Counted from the whole stretch's first letter, positions 36,834 through 50,045 are shown. The stretch: DNA of 63,022 nucleotides, filler included, from Globobulimina sp. (GCA_003354225.1; 48 parts of 48 records of this genome joined end to end with filler, not necessarily neighbours in it); one strand, 5' to 3'. Program-made: numbers and translations. Notes: a model not told the origin generated them from the letters alone.

Positions 36834-37673
36834 TTGGATGAAATAAGAAATGAAATGATAAGAATTACAAGAATGGATTTTCATATTTCAAAGATTGTTC
36901 GAATGATAAATAAATTACAAATTACCCGTAAAAAAGTATGGAAACATGGAATTCATTTCAATTATAATAATGTCATTGTATATAATTTAACATTGCAAGT
37001 AATGGGTATACGGAAAAGCCATTTAATATTTGGAGATGAGTCATATTTTAATGATAGAATTGCAAATAGAAAATATGGACGAAGTTTGAGGTATTTTTGA
37101 TATTTTTACTTTAAACTATTAACTATAATTGATATTTATTCAGAGGTTCAAGAGCCAAATATCGTCATTTATTTTCAAAAGGACAACGGTATGGAATTTT
37201 GGCTGCACGGAATGTTTATGGAATGTTGGTGTGGAAAATATTGGATGGTATATAATATTTTATATCACATTTACAGTTAAATTTTATTCTCAACATTTTA
37301 ATAAATAGAAAATACGAATTCCCGTCAATTCATAGAATTTGTTATTGGGCATGTAATACCATTAATGAATCCCTTTCCTGGCCCAAATTCAGTATTGGTT
37401 TTGGACAATGCCAGTTATCATCACAACTCTGGCTTGAAACAAATATTGGAAAGGCGTGGTATCAGGCTGTTATTTTTACCGCCTTATGGTTCATATTTAA
37501 ATCCAATAGAATTGGATTTTAATACAATGAAAACATTTATTCGTCGACATTATTTGGTGGCGCGTCAGAGACCATTGTATGTATTATATCGCGCATTAGC
37601 CAGTATAAGAAATGTCGATGTAACTAATTATATGCGCAATGTTGGTTATTTTGATTATATTGTTGACAGTTAA
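36834..37673 (+). mobile_element. IS630-Tc1-mariner (DD34E) transposase with two spliceosomal introns (5' truncated)
   Basis: IFGDES; introns 37091-37143 and 37248-37308 restore the frame; VLDNASYH...FLPPYGSYLNPIE with 34 residues between D and E. Confidence 0.9.
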
Positions 37674-38790
37674 TGTTTGTAATATCATTGTTTGTGTTTG
37701 TTTGCCATCTTTTTCACCAACAAAAAACCGTCAGAGTTGTTAATGTGCGAAAATGCTTCAGATCACGGTGTTGTTGCTATATAGATATAATAATAAAATA
37801 AATATAAGTAAGTAAGCAAGTATTGTACATGTCAAAAATTACAAGATAAAATATACAATTTATTGTGGCTCAGGCATTGAATTATTTGTTGTTTCTGAAT
37901 GTGCATAATGTTGATATGAATATGGCGTTTTTTTCCCTTTCGGAGGCATTCCTAACACGGGCATTTGCGATAATATATTATTATTATTATTTGGTGATTG
38001 CATCACATGATTTTGAGGCATATTCATATTATTCTATCCAGGCAAAATNNNNNNNNNNNNNNNNNNNNNNNNNNNNNNNNNNNNNNNNNNNNTTAATTAA
38101 TTAANNNNNNNNNNNNNNNNNNNNNNNNNNNNNNNNNNNNNNNNNNNNCCTTGATTGATTGTATTTTGCTGGATAAATAAAACATATTTTCAAGCATGTC
38201 TTTGTTTTATGATATCATCATAGCAGTGCATAATCAATACAAAAACTACAAAACTATTATTACAATTACAAATAGCTAATAGGAAAGTAGCGGCCCCTTT
38301 AATCTATGTAACTCAAATCAGCCACTAACGATTAGTAACTAGGGAACCATTATTAGTAGCCATTGACTAATTAGTTTAACCAAACACCCCATCATATGCG
38401 AACATTGACTAATTAGTTTAACCAAACACACCCATCATATGCTAACAATGGATTAATCAATCTCAAAAAGCTATTAGGTAATTAGCTGCCCTTTTAATCT
38501 GTCAAATTCATTTTCATACCCATTATCTAATTAATGTGATTGTCACTCATGGAAAACGAATTACACATATCAATTAGCTTTGATCACTTTTTCAGCATAC
38601 GAACCCACACATCATATGCCATGCACTCTCATCCTCATCCTTGGTTTGGTTCATCTCATACCCTGTATTGGTCAACACTCTCATCAAATATGTTACAATA
38701 GAACAAAGGTAAACGACTTAGAAATCACATAAGCCTATGTCATAAATGGATGGAACAAAATGGTACCCCTGTAATGCATTAATGATGCCT

Positions 38791-39150
38791 TTAACCGTTC
38801 ACATCATTACTTGGCACCTGGGGGCTGTTTCTTGCCAGTTCGACTTTGACATTGCTTTTAGCGGCATGCCAAAGATTGAGATTATTAGGCATTTCTTTAC
38901 ATTTTAACAAGGATTTTATTCCCAGCTTATTGTCCACTTGTTTTACGCCATAAATGGCAATATTAGTTATCGGATTTATCCAAGTGACTACCACACCCAT
39001 CCAATGAAACGCGCATACAGAACAGGTGAACTGCTGATGATATTTATTGGTAGGGATGCCATAAAACATGAGGGTACACAGACTATTTATTGTCACTGCA
39101 GCTGTGAGACGCTTCTGCCAGGCCAGTTGACCATTGGCCATTGTGTCAGC
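38791..39150 (-). CDS. GPCR-like TM6-TM7 fragment, resembling nematode serpentine receptors (possible pseudogene)
   Basis: QKRLTAAVTINSLCTLMFYGIP...WINPITNIAIYG. Confidence 0.45.
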   Translation of the reverse strand, partial: ADTMANGQLAWQKRLTAAVTINSLCTLMFYGIPTNKYHQQFTCSVCAFHWMGVVVTWINPITNIAIYGVKQVDNKLGIKSLLKCKEMPNNLNLWHAAKSNVKVELARNSPQVPSNDVNG

Positions 39151-39834
39151 CACGTTAAATCTACACTTTTGACACAACAAAATAATATTTATGCTGAATA
39201 ATGTTTGATTATAATATTTTACTGTTTCTATAGTGATCACTTTTGGCATCCTTTCCTTACTCTTGACTTTTAGTTACATTTTGCTCTCTGTTACTTGACC
39301 CGGTGGTACCGACTGAGGCCGAATCTGGGAATTGGAACAATTGACATTTCGTCGAGTGATTGTNNNNNNNNNNNNNNNNNNNNNNNNNNNNNNNNNNNNN
39401 NNNNNNNTTAATTAATTAANNNNNNNNNNNNNNNNNNNNNNNNNNNNNNNNNNNNNNNNNNNNGGAGCATGAAACAAATACGGATATTATTGCTTTACCA
39501 TATAGCATATCAGAATCATTTAATTATTAATTTGAATTATTTACAATCGATTGGACGCATAACATCTGGGGAAATAAGCGATCGTTTATTACAAATATTG
39601 TATGACAAATTCTGTATTATAAATTCTTTTGTAATTCGATTTATTGTATACATATATGCGTTCTTTTGATTGACGGTGTTTAATTAAGTATACACAAAAC
39701 AAAGACAAATTTTAATATTTGCATTGCTCCTTAAAAAATTATACTTCCAATATAGGAATGTGAGTCGTGTGACGGCAGCATGCTTGTTGCTGTAAAATTT
39801 TTTAAAAATAGAAAAAAACATTTAACTTGGCCTA

Positions 39835-40678
39835 ATGCAGTCGTTTGCGGCAGTGGACGAATTTGATGAAATGTATGAAAAATCAATCAGCGTTACACCA
39901 GTAACATTTGTTGATACAGAACTAGCGGAATCATTTGATTGTGCGATATGTTATGAAAAGTACCGAAATGCAGTGGCTGTTTGTGATGATCAGTTAATTG
40001 TATTCGCTCCAAATTAATATTTAAATTAATCTTTAATTAAATACAGCATTTATTGCCAAGCATGCATCAATGCATTGGTTGCTAGCTCTGGCCCAATATT
40101 TAATTGTCCGACTTGTAGAAGAAAATGCAATCAATTTGAAATTAAAAGAGTCAAATTTATAGATCGACAAATTCAAAACTTATTAATAAAATGTCCAAAT
40201 CATGAAATCACTCCGATTAAAGCGGTTTATTTAAAAAAATTAGTGAAAAAAAAGAATGCAAATAAAAATAAAAATAAATCACGGAGCAGATCGAGGTCGC
40301 GGTCGAGATCAAGAGAGCGCGGACAGGAAATTGAGGAAAAGAAAGTAAATACGACGGATAACACAAATAATTCCGAGGAGAGATTAGCATTTTGTGGTTG
40401 GACAGGAAAATTAGAGAAATTAAGTGAACATATCTTGGAATGTGCCTATGAGGTAATACGTTGTGGTGAATGTAATGAGTGCGTAGAAAGAGGAAAAAAT
40501 GAATTTCATAATTTATTTGAATGTGAAATGTATCCAATCGAATGTGAGTTGTGTCATGCTTCGGTCCCTCGGAGTTTTATGAAATATCATAAGAATAAAG
40601 TATGTGAAATGGCAATGGCAAAATGTGGATGTTGTGATGAAGAGATAAAACGAATAGAGAGTACCGATATCAATCTGC
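39835..40678 (+). CDS. RING plus TRAF zinc-finger protein with an RS-repeat insert (intron 39993-40046, 3' truncated)
   Basis: CAICYEK...CDD-HIYCQAC...CPTCR...KCPN...RSRSRSRSRSRER...CGWTG...HILEC...C..C. Confidence 0.88.
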
Positions 40679-40778
40679 NNNNNNNNNNNNNNNNNNNNNN
40701 NNNNNNNNNNNNNNNNNNNNNNTTAATTAATTAANNNNNNNNNNNNNNNNNNNNNNNNNNNNNNNNNNNNNNNNNNNN

Positions 40779-41923
40779 ATCGTATTAATGATAAAGAGAT
40801 ATTACATCCAACCGGAGGGCAATGGGGAAGCATGAATATTGATAAGCAATTTGTAGCATTATTAATATTGATATTTGGAGCCCAAACAATCAACGAATTC
40901 AAACAGTGTTTTGCCGGAATGTGGATCCAATTAAAAGATAATTTTTGTAACGGTTCAAAAGCCAGTTTTTATAATAATAAGCAAAGAAAAAAAGAGTATC
41001 ATCATGTTACATTACCTTCGCATTTCGCCAAGTTTATAACGGAGAAATATGGCAATGACATTGGTAAAGTTAACGAATTGTTGCGCAATAAATCAACGCA
41101 ACTGTTTAACAAAGATAAGTATTTGAAATGGGAGCTTATTGGCTATACAACCACGTCATTGGCTGTGCATAACAAGATATTCATAGATTTTTTGTTTGAG
41201 CAAAAGTCAGTAACGCCGATTATCAATCATTTAACAGAAATATTGTACAATAATGAGGAGATGCGGCAGTGTAAATATATGATATTAGTGGGTGGCTTAG
41301 CAAACAGTCGATATTATCAACAACGAATATACAATGCGTTTGGTCGCAAAAATAACAATAAAATCAAGATAATTATACCGGAAAAGGCGCAGTTATGCGT
41401 AGTTGAGGGAGCTGCGAGAATGGGTTTGAATCCATATTATATTCAAAGTAGAAAATTGGCGAAAACGTATGGAATTCGTATTGATTATTTAAAGGATTCC
41501 TTGGCGAATATAAATGAGTATGATGAGGAGTTTTTGAATGATAAAAACAATCTTTTTATATGTAAACATACGCAGAAAGAGTACGTAAGAAATATATTTT
41601 CTGTATTTGCATCGTCGCAGAATTCGATAAGATTTGATGATGAGCCAATTGTACAGTCATATTTTCGAAGACATTTGGAGCAAAAAAAAATTGATATTAA
41701 AATATATTCATCTACAAAAACTAAACCGTTACATGTGTTGGAAGAGGAAATGGAATTTGTTGGAGAAATACAATTGTTGTTTAATACAAATAGGAAAAAT
41801 CAGACAAATGAATTGGAAATACTTATTGAATTTTGTTTTAATGATACAACACTAAAAGTATTTGCTTATCCGAAAAATCAGAAAGATATGAAACAAAAGT
41901 ATCCAGTCACTTATTTACTATAA
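40779..41923 (+). CDS. HSP70-family HSPA12-like protein, C-terminal part
   Basis: GGQWGSMNIDKQF, ILVGGLANS.Y, VVEGAA, SRKLAKTYGI. Confidence 0.85.
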
Positions 41924-42458
41924 TATTTAGGAATAAATTAGGTTGCATGTAAATTAATCAATAATCATTGTCAATATTAATATAAATAATAATNNNNNNN
42001 NNNNNNNNNNNNNNNNNNNNNNNNNNNNNNNNNNNNNTTAATTAATTAANNNNNNNNNNNNNNNNNNNNNNNNNNNNNNNNNNNNNNNNNNNNCCTACAG
42101 AGTTAAATTTGAGAAATAGATGCGTTCCAATGCTTCAATCGGATCTCAAAAACTGGAAAAATAACGTTTTATATGCGGATGATGAATCAGTGCTCGTTTG
42201 TGAGCAGATGTTTGAACAATCCATCATCGAAATCACTCATATTTCACATTATTCCATCGAATTTGTGTTGAATATATCCAACACTGCCTTTTTAGGTATT
42301 ACCTATTCATATATACAGTGGTCCATCTCTTATTGTCCACATTCTAAATATATGCACATACAAATGTACAGTTAACAATTTTGTTTATATTTAGAATGTT
42401 GACAATAAGTGAGAAACCACTGTAATATAAAATAATTAAAATCCCATAACCAAACCTT

Positions 42459-43308
42459 TTGCCTATACTGTATATTAAAGATGAAATGGAACATAAAACA
42501 GATGTTTCTGCACAGAATTATTATTTCGTGGCAACATATCAACAATCTGAATTCCAAAAACATATGGATGAGTTTATAACCATTGGCATAACTTCCAGCA
42601 TCTCTTACACTCAACACACTGTTTTATACAATTTCTATGTCGATGATTTCGTCCATGATTTATTTAAAATTTTATCCAACACCGCATGGTACGATAATAC
42701 CTGTAAATTATCAGATAAATTATTTTATGAAATAGCTCAATATGCCACGGATTGTATACGTCCCATTCCATACATTTACAGTACCAATGATGAGATACTA
42801 TTAAACGGCGGTCAACTTCACGTATTTTTAACTGGTAATTTAAAGCCAGAAAATGATATCTACGCTGCAGCCGAACCAGACCTAGCTATTGATGATAAAT
42901 TAGAAATTATAGCTCAAACCATGACTGATTTGGGTCGACAAATATATAACGAATATAAATCAAATAAAAACGCTCAAAAAATAAAATCTGAGTATGATAA
43001 ATGGAAAAAAGTATTTAGAAAACGAGAGGATATGTCACCGGGCGATATGTTTGAGTTAGAGGAGACATTGGAGGCTCATCAAAGAGAAAGGTATGAAGCA
43101 CGGGACAGCATTCATGATATCAACCAATTGAAGCATTTATATTTTATGGATCATAATTTTAAGCTTAAATTTGGTGCCAAAAAGAAAAAGAAAAAATCCA
43201 AAACAATGCATCTTTCTTCGCCGAGAACAATGAATCTTCCTTCACTTAAAACTTTATTTTCCTTCGGATCTTCTTTGAAAAAGAAAAGCAAGAAACATAA
43301 AGCAGCCA
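42459..43308 (+). CDS. Hypothetical protein (boundaries uncertain)
   Basis: About 280-codon open frame; no family recognised. Confidence 0.5.
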
Positions 43309-44015
43309 NNNNNNNNNNNNNNNNNNNNNNNNNNNNNNNNNNNNNNNNNNNNTTAATTAATTAANNNNNNNNNNNNNNNNNNNNNNNNNNNNNNNNNNNN
43401 NNNNNNNNCCCCTTTAAAAAAAAAAAAAAAAAAGTGGTCATATTGAAATTTTTGGTCATAGCGTGGCATATTAATGTTGTATCAATTCATGTTTTTTCAT
43501 TTCAATTAACCATTCCTCAATCAACAGCATTGAAATATTATTAAACGGTTTGAACTCTTTCTGTAAAAACTTGGCTTTATTATTGCTTCGTGATCGCGTA
43601 GTGATATTGTATTCACTTCCTTTGGCTTTGATAATATCAATAATATCTTTTCTCGTCCATTGTACAATATTTTCTATTTTTTGCCTTTTCTTGCTCTGTA
43701 AAATTATTTGAAACTGAATAGAAACGAATATATATTGTCTGACATTGTATACATACTCTCAATGCATAATCCATGATATTTCTTGCCAAGTCGCGCGAGA
43801 TTCGGTTGAATCAGTTCCTGTGATAGGATAACTGATTTCTAACGTTTGTTTGACAAAGATTAGTTTGACGTCGGTGCTTTCAAAAGATTTGCAAAAAGTT
43901 TAAAAACAAATGAAGTGTTGACCAGCGCCAAAACTTCACAACTGTGTGATATTTCTTAGTCATTTAGTCAGTTATATGGTTAGTTATAAAGGTATTTATA
44001 TGATTTGGTATTTTT

Positions 44016-44204
44016 GGAAGGAAAATAGGTTAATAATAAAATGTTAATAGTTCCCGATGAAACACAACCTTTAATTTTTATTTTGAATAATCTGTAAAAA
44101 ACTGTAAATTCAAAGAGTTTGCAGTAAAAAACAGTAATTTCAAACTGAAAAGCAAAAAGTTAAATGTTACCTTTAACATTTTATTATTAACCTATTTTCC
44201 TTCC
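44016..44204. mobile_element. 189-bp MITE with perfect 32-bp TIRs and 8-bp target-site duplication
   Basis: TIR ggaaggaaaataggttaataataaaatgttaa at 44016-44047 and its reverse complement at 44173-44204; gtattttt at 44008-44015 and 44205-44212. Confidence 0.92.
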
Positions 44205-44723
44205 GTATTTTTTTGATTTTTTTTGATACAAATGGTATGTAAATGAAAATTTTCAATTATATTATTTACATAGTCCTTTATATAAACAAAAGTCATTTAT
44301 ATACCAAAAAAAAGCCATTTACATAGGCTATTTATATATCATTTATATAGTAGGCAAAACAGCTCTATATAGCGATTTATGGGGGTTGGCATTTATACGA
44401 AACACACTCATTTATATGCAAAAAGCTTATTTATATAGGCAAACAGCTTATTTATATAGTATTTATATGAAGTGATCCAAGAATAGCTCGAAATTGTTTT
44501 TTTAAAATCTAATAAATAATGGCGATTTAGAATATGAAATAGATGACGACCAATATTTTGCTATGACAATCGCAGAATTGTTGTTATGGACATTAGGCTC
44601 AGTAGTTATTGGAATTATTATTTNNNNNNNNNNNNNNNNNNNNNNNNNNNNNNNNNNNNNNNNNNNNTTAATTAATTAANNNNNNNNNNNNNNNNNNNNN
44701 NNNNNNNNNNNNNNNNNNNNNNN

Positions 44724-45900
44724 TCGATTATAAAGTTAATGGAATGAAGGATTTAATGATTCTGACCAAAGGCAAAAAACAGGGCGATTCAGAGGCAAAA
44801 CAGTTCCTTGAATGGATCCAAACAGTTATTATATTTTTATTTTCTGTGAATGTTGTGTGGATTTTATGTATTACCAAAGGTATATGATCCGATTGAACGG
44901 GGATATTTAAAAGAAGTAAAATTTACAATTTATATCAATTCAGAAAATCAAACTAAAGTTAAAATTTTATTTTTTTTATCAACACAAAAAATTTCATTTC
45001 ATTATGTCAACAAATTATAATTAGAAATTGATTGAACAGTATATTTTTAAAATAAATTGGCACGACGATGGTTCTGCATCGATGAATTTATCAATCAATG
45101 ATAAACAACAAAAATCACGAAGAATGAGAACAAAAAATGATATAAAACGTATGTTTATGTATTTTGAATTGGAAAAAAAATCAAAACAAACAAAAAAAGG
45201 TGAAAGTCGATATTTATTTTTACAAATGTTTTTTTTACAAAATGTATTAAAACCAATCCCAGAGTCACCGTCATATTCAATTCAATTATTTTACAATGAT
45301 TCATGTCCAGCCACCTATGAGCCACCCGGTGATTTTAGAATAGCCACAAACAAAGATACGTATGTCACGGACTCAGAAGTGGTGCAAAGAGAAATTGGCA
45401 AAGTTGAAACTGGATATAATGATTTTAGCGTTCAATTAAAAACTACCAAAAATAGATTGGTTCAAGAAGACAATGAGAACAATGACGATGACGAGGAAGA
45501 TGAATATGAATGCGATGAGAGTGAGAGTGAAAGTGAAATTGAATCAGATTTTAATGAAAGTTCAGATGAGTCAGAGGCAGAGATAACAGCTTCTAATAAA
45601 AATAACACAAATAATAAGAACCTAAAACGAAGATTAATATTACATTCCAATTCACCGAATCCATTTCAATTGCATGCATCGCCACGTTCAGATGGTTCAG
45701 ATGGATATTCATCAAATGAGCCACCAGCAAAAAAGAGAAAAATATTAAGTGTCAAAACTAATCGAATTACAAATCAACCAATTATTACAAAAGAAATTAT
45801 TGCAAAATGGATCACTCAAAATCCGAATAAAGATATTAATGATTTACATAATGTTTATCCAAGTCATAATCTACCGACGTTGTTGAGTTTAGTTAATTAA
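44724..45900 (+). CDS. HOP1: Meiotic HORMA-domain protein (HOP1/HORMAD-like), 5' truncated, with introns
   Basis: Spliced reading LEWIQT-VYDPIERGYLKEVKFTIY...IEQYIFKI...LKPIP...LFYNDSCPATYEPPG.F...IGKVETG, then an acidic disordered tail. Confidence 0.75.
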
Positions 45901-47770
45901 TTGTGTTTCGATGCTTTTTTTTTATGCTTCGGTTCAAANNNNNNNNNNNNNNNNNNNNNNNNNNNNNNNNNNNNNNNNNNNNTTAATTAATTAANNNNNN
46001 NNNNNNNNNNNNNNNNNNNNNNNNNNNNNNNNNNNNNNAGCTGGGTATACAGGTCCTGTAATTATTCTTAGTGAGCAAGTCATTCTCAAGACAAAAAGGA
46101 CATGTGTGGACAGGATGGACATGTATGGACAGGTGACCAGAAGCCAAACGAAGGTAAATTCTAGGTTTTTCTCGTTAGCACTAGATCGAAAGCAGTGGCT
46201 ACACTTATATTTGTTGTACAATCAACATATGCTGGAAATTATGACTGCTAATAAGTTATCTCAATAGCAGTCCTTGCTTTCAAAGATATTCCAATCCTTA
46301 TCTTTAAAAAGACAATAAGGTTTTTTTATGATATGAATACCTCATTTGACTTCATCTACGAAGACCAATTTGTTGGCCTATCATTCAACTCTTGCTGCAG
46401 TATGAAATATGTCTGAATGACGTGCTTTGGCAGCATAAGTAAGTCGCTATGTGGATTGAACGACGAATATTATTTCAAGTGCTTAATGTGACAAGGCTTT
46501 GAATTTAAATAACTAGTTAAAAAGCTATTTTCCAAGTTTAACGTTGTTCATAAATAATAGTGAAACGAGACGCCTAAGTTAAATGAGCGTTTTTATTGGG
46601 ACAGGGAATTTCTTTTGCATCTTATCGATCCTGTCTGCTCTAGTTTTCACTAATTATAGTCATCCCACGGATTCGCTCACATTGATGTGTAGTTGTAAAG
46701 AGGATGGCGGCTGTTTATACTTGTTTGCCTGACATAGGACAACTGAGCTCTTTTGTGTTTATCATTCTTCGGATAATGTATCTATATTACATTTAATTTT
46801 TTCAGGTCTGTTATTAATCGGTGTATAAACAACAGAAAGAAAGAATTATTACCCCTTCTCCCGATGGATATGGTTGCAACAATTTGGCTCTAAATTTTTG
46901 GCCATTTATTTCGTACAATCACAAACGTCGTCTTCCATCGAAATTATTGTACTATATTATGCTAGATTTAAATGTTATCCGCCATTAATAGGCGTCTACT
47001 CTCCAACGAGAGCGAGCGATTAAATTCTCTTGTGATTTTGAGGAATGAGCCTCAAATAATAAAATAAAATTTTTAAAAAAAATAATTTATTCGTGTTGGA
47101 TCCATTTTATATAGTACATTTGATAGTCTGAAAGTACTGAATAACTTAACTTTCGTGCATATGAAAAAGAAAAGTTTTCGGCTGTATTCCTTGAATAGAA
47201 AGACATGATTGGACAGCCTGGTGTACGATAGAAAAATTAGCGTTTCTCTTAACNNNNNNNNNNNNNNNNNNNNNNNNNNNNNNNNNNNNNNNNNNNNTTA
47301 ATTAATTAANNNNNNNNNNNNNNNNNNNNNNNNNNNNNNNNNNNNNNNNNNNNACTACTACTACTACTACTAAACATAAATCACATAAATTATGGGTTCA
47401 CAATACATTTATATAAATTACTGAAATTGTATAAAGTATATATTTAAAATTCTTCCTTATTAATTATATTCTATCCATTTTATCAATTTTTCAAATTTCA
47501 AATTGTCAAATAATCAAAATATCTTGTTTTTCAAACTTTTGCGCCAAAATATCTGTTGTTTTTCAACCATTATAAACCATCATACAATGATCTCTGATTG
47601 ATGTACATTGAGAATACATACCGCTGTCACGGGGCAATTGCTTTCAGAGACGACATTTGGGCCATGGAGGAGTTAGCGGTACTGTCAAATTGTCAAATCG
47701 TTTTTGTCAATTTGTCAAAAAAATAGAGACCAAACCCTTAAATGAATGCTGTTATTTGCAGGCTTTCAAA

Positions 47771-48448
47771 TCAGCCAAACTCAAAGCTCACAGCAATTGC
47801 CATTCCAACAACATAGGCAAGAAAAGCAATCATTTTTTCATGAGTCATTTCAACGCCCATTATTTTTAGTGGTTCATCATAAGAATCCATTCTCCGAATT
47901 AACTCATCAATCAATTGAACCACGTCCCCATTGCCATTATTATGAATATCGATATCATCGATCACAACATCATGACATAACAATTTAATTTTCAATGCTG
48001 ACAACATTCGAGAATGTTTCAACGTACATTTATTGCTCCCACTTATTTTGTAGCTGCATCCCATTATTATTGCTGGCCACGTCATGCCAACTGCAACGAG
48101 CACCACTTCATTGTATCCAAAAACGAAATCTTTTTTTGTAGACCACGCCAATAAAATTGCCCACGATGTGATAGATCCGGCCAACAGACTAAAAAAATTA
48201 ATTTCGCCCCATCCATAATAAACGGGCATCACATAATTTTCATAAAAACGCCTTAAAACCCACCACTTTTCAATGGCCCGTTTGGATAAAACTCCATCTT
48301 TGCAATGTATCGGAATGGAGAGCGCAGAAACGATATAATAATAATCTGCAAATGGCAGATACATCCAATAAATCATAATGTACCAAAGACAAAAAGCTAA
48401 GCCAAAGACGACAACATTATAAATATAAAAACACATCAAAAACGGCAC
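47771..48448 (-). CDS. Multi-pass membrane protein C-terminal half, GR-like/PHTF-like terminal segment
   Basis: About 4 TM segments; ends LIDELIRRMDSYDEPLKIMGVEMTHEKMIAFLAYVVGMAIAVSF. Confidence 0.55.
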   Translation of the reverse strand: MPFLMCFYIYNVVVFGLAFCLWYIMIYWMYLPFADYYYIVSALSIPIHCKDGVLSKRAIEKWWVLRRFYENYVMPVYYGWGEINFFSLLAGSITSWAILLAWSTKKDFVFGYNEVVLVAVGMTWPAIIMGCSYKISGSNKCTLKHSRMLSALKIKLLCHDVVIDDIDIHNNGNGDVVQLIDELIRRMDSYDEPLKIMGVEMTHEKMIAFLAYVVGMAIAVSFEFG

Positions 48449-48731
48449 CTTTTTTGAGGAACAGAAGTGTGGAGCTTTTGTAGTTGTGAAACAGATTTGC
48501 GGCAGTCTAAAAACTTTTCCGCAAAACTGTTCTTATGGTAACATTAAATGCCCGACATTAAATGCGCANNNNNNNNNNNNNNNNNNNNNNNNNNNNNNNN
48601 NNNNNNNNNNNNTTAATTAATTAANNNNNNNNNNNNNNNNNNNNNNNNNNNNNNNNNNNNNNNNNNNNTCGGATTAATCGAATTCAAGTTTAGCCATATT
48701 TATATATCCGAATTAATATATACATAATATA

Positions 48732-49493
48732 ATGAATATGAAGGGTGACAGTATAATATTTCGTGATATTAAGAAGCGTTTTCTAGCATTGTACTGTTCC
48801 AGTTTTCTAAAAGGATTACCCAAATGGGCTACAAAAATGGCAAGAAATGAGTATCCAAATTTTACACAAAGTAAAAAAGATATTGAGTATGGAGTGGATG
48901 AGTATCATACGGAAATTGCTGATGTTGATTGGAAACAAAAATCCGCATCAAATGTAATGGCAGAGATGAATCATGCAACACCATATCCAGTCGTTGAATA
49001 CTCGACGCCACAGCAACAGCAGCGCCATATCCATGAATCTCAGATGGTGCTCGATGTCAAACCATATCCATTTGTTGAATATAAAACATATATTTTTTGG
49101 GATGCGATGGAAAAACAGTTGGAATTTAATGGTATGCACTATGAGAATGTTGAAGTAATTATGAATTTTTTGCAAAAAAATCGTTATAATTTTAAAAGAG
49201 TAATTAAAGATATCAGTTATGATAAAGCTTCAAAATCAAGATTGGTTTTGTTTTTAAATGATGCGTTTAATAGAAATGCATTGGATTTATTTAATATTTT
49301 TTATGCAACAGTACGATATTTAGCGAAGGAGAAAAGGATTGAACTGGATGTTGAGAATAAAGGCAATAAATGGTGGATTCTCGCACAGCAAATTGATTTG
49401 GTAACTAATGGTTTTATTAGGATATATATTTTCGTGCCAGTTCCAAATGAAATGATATTTGCGTGCTCCAACTTTCATGGATATATGTTATAG
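48732..49493 (+). CDS. Hypothetical protein
   Basis: 253-codon open frame; no family recognised. Confidence 0.5.
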   Translation: MNMKGDSIIFRDIKKRFLALYCSSFLKGLPKWATKMARNEYPNFTQSKKDIEYGVDEYHTEIADVDWKQKSASNVMAEMNHATPYPVVEYSTPQQQQRHIHESQMVLDVKPYPFVEYKTYIFWDAMEKQLEFNGMHYENVEVIMNFLQKNRYNFKRVIKDISYDKASKSRLVLFLNDAFNRNALDLFNIFYATVRYLAKEKRIELDVENKGNKWWILAQQIDLVTNGFIRIYIFVPVPNEMIFACSNFHGYML

Positions 49494-50045
49494 ACGTTAT
49501 AGTGTATAAATACAGAGCCTTTTGCCAGATTGTGTATATTTCCAGTCGCTCTCCCTTCATTTTTCTCTGTTAAGAGGAAAAATGTTAAACTCTTGCTTTG
49601 TTTTAACACCACACTCAATGTCGACGCAAATATCTCAAAACGTAAATGATGGCATGGATATCACCAAGGTTTTATGTGAGTATTTGGAGGAATATGGGGA
49701 ACTCCCAACTCATGCTTCTACACTAGTCAATTATTCAAAACATACAGTGACATGGTTGGATGCGCACGAAATAATCATTCAATACATCTACGAAGCTGCA
49801 AATAAATATAGTGAATTTAATGAAATATATTTAAAAATAATATCCAACAAAAAAGCACAACAAGAATTACAAGATGCAATTANNNNNNNNNNNNNNNNNN
49901 NNNNNNNNNNNNNNNNNNNNNNNNNNTTAATTAATTAANNNNNNNNNNNNNNNNNNNNNNNNNNNNNNNNNNNNNNNNNNNNTAAAAAAAATGCGTGTTT
50001 TGTATAACTAGCCATTCAGTGCAATTTTGTATAACAAGAGAAGCA

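Noticed and set aside
33123-37673. Apparent gene cluster of phosphatase, xsc, IMPDH and transposase
   Set aside because: Each lies on a separate contig ordered only by length, so there is no linkage.
47354-47372. (CTA)n run at a contig start as a telomere
   Set aside because: It is a short trinucleotide microsatellite that does not match a G-rich telomeric unit.
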